From NCBI GenBank assembly GCA_964187785.1, contig OZ076411.1, positions 4,898,001-4,962,000 of the forward strand: a stretch of 64,000 nt of DNA, written 5' to 3'. The notes beneath the pieces are model-generated. The model worked only from the letters and a program-made list of their open reading frames with translations, was not told the DNA's origin and made no database searches. This DNA is from Amphiscolops sp. MND2022 (Eukaryota). The position numbers were made by a program, and so were the translations under genes. Positions 63,830 to 64,000 of this stretch are shown in pieces (positions within the stretch are counted from its first letter, which is position 1; the number at the start of each line of letters is the position of its first letter).

Positions 63830-64000
63830 CTCTTGATAAGATCTTACCATGATATCTTGCATTTATTTGCAATATCTATGCAAGATCTTAGTTATGATAT
63901 TTCCAAGATCTTGGCGAGATCTTGCCAAGATCTTACTAAGATATCCACGGAGGGTCAACCCGGGTTGTTATTGATAATTATGAAATGCGTTGAAAAGAGA

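Overview
This is a eukaryotic (animal-like), AT-rich window made almost entirely of transposable elements. I found no host protein-coding gene, rRNA, functional tRNA or CRISPR array. Two young, full-length Ty3/Gypsy LTR retrotransposons dominate it: element 1 at 4612-19914 (target-site duplication, TSD, AAGTT) and element 2 at 37232-52902 (TSD GGGGC, nested in a decayed LINE). Also present are an internally deleted minus-strand relative (element 3, 23960-29887, TSD CAGTG), a solo LTR (55098-57236, TSD CAGAG), a partial LTR, a 5' BEL/Pao fragment, a Tc1 remnant, two hAT MITEs, SINE-like heads and a recurrent ~480-bp repeat. The main result is the extra cargo between pol and the 3' LTR of both full-length Gypsy elements. 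(i) An antisense, intron-containing gene; element 2 gives a clean 8-exon GT-AG model of 1014 aa. The product has a C2H2/BED-like zinc finger followed by what looks like a catalytically dead hAT transposase fold. (ii) A divergently oriented sense ORF3, acidic and disordered, with a SUMO-interaction-like motif, that reads through the polypurine tract (PPT) into the 3' LTR. Gag starts 114-127 codons inside the LTR and reads through the primer-binding site (PBS), so the LTR codes protein at both ends. Exon models and the hAT assignment were made by eye and need RNA-seq and profile or structure searches.
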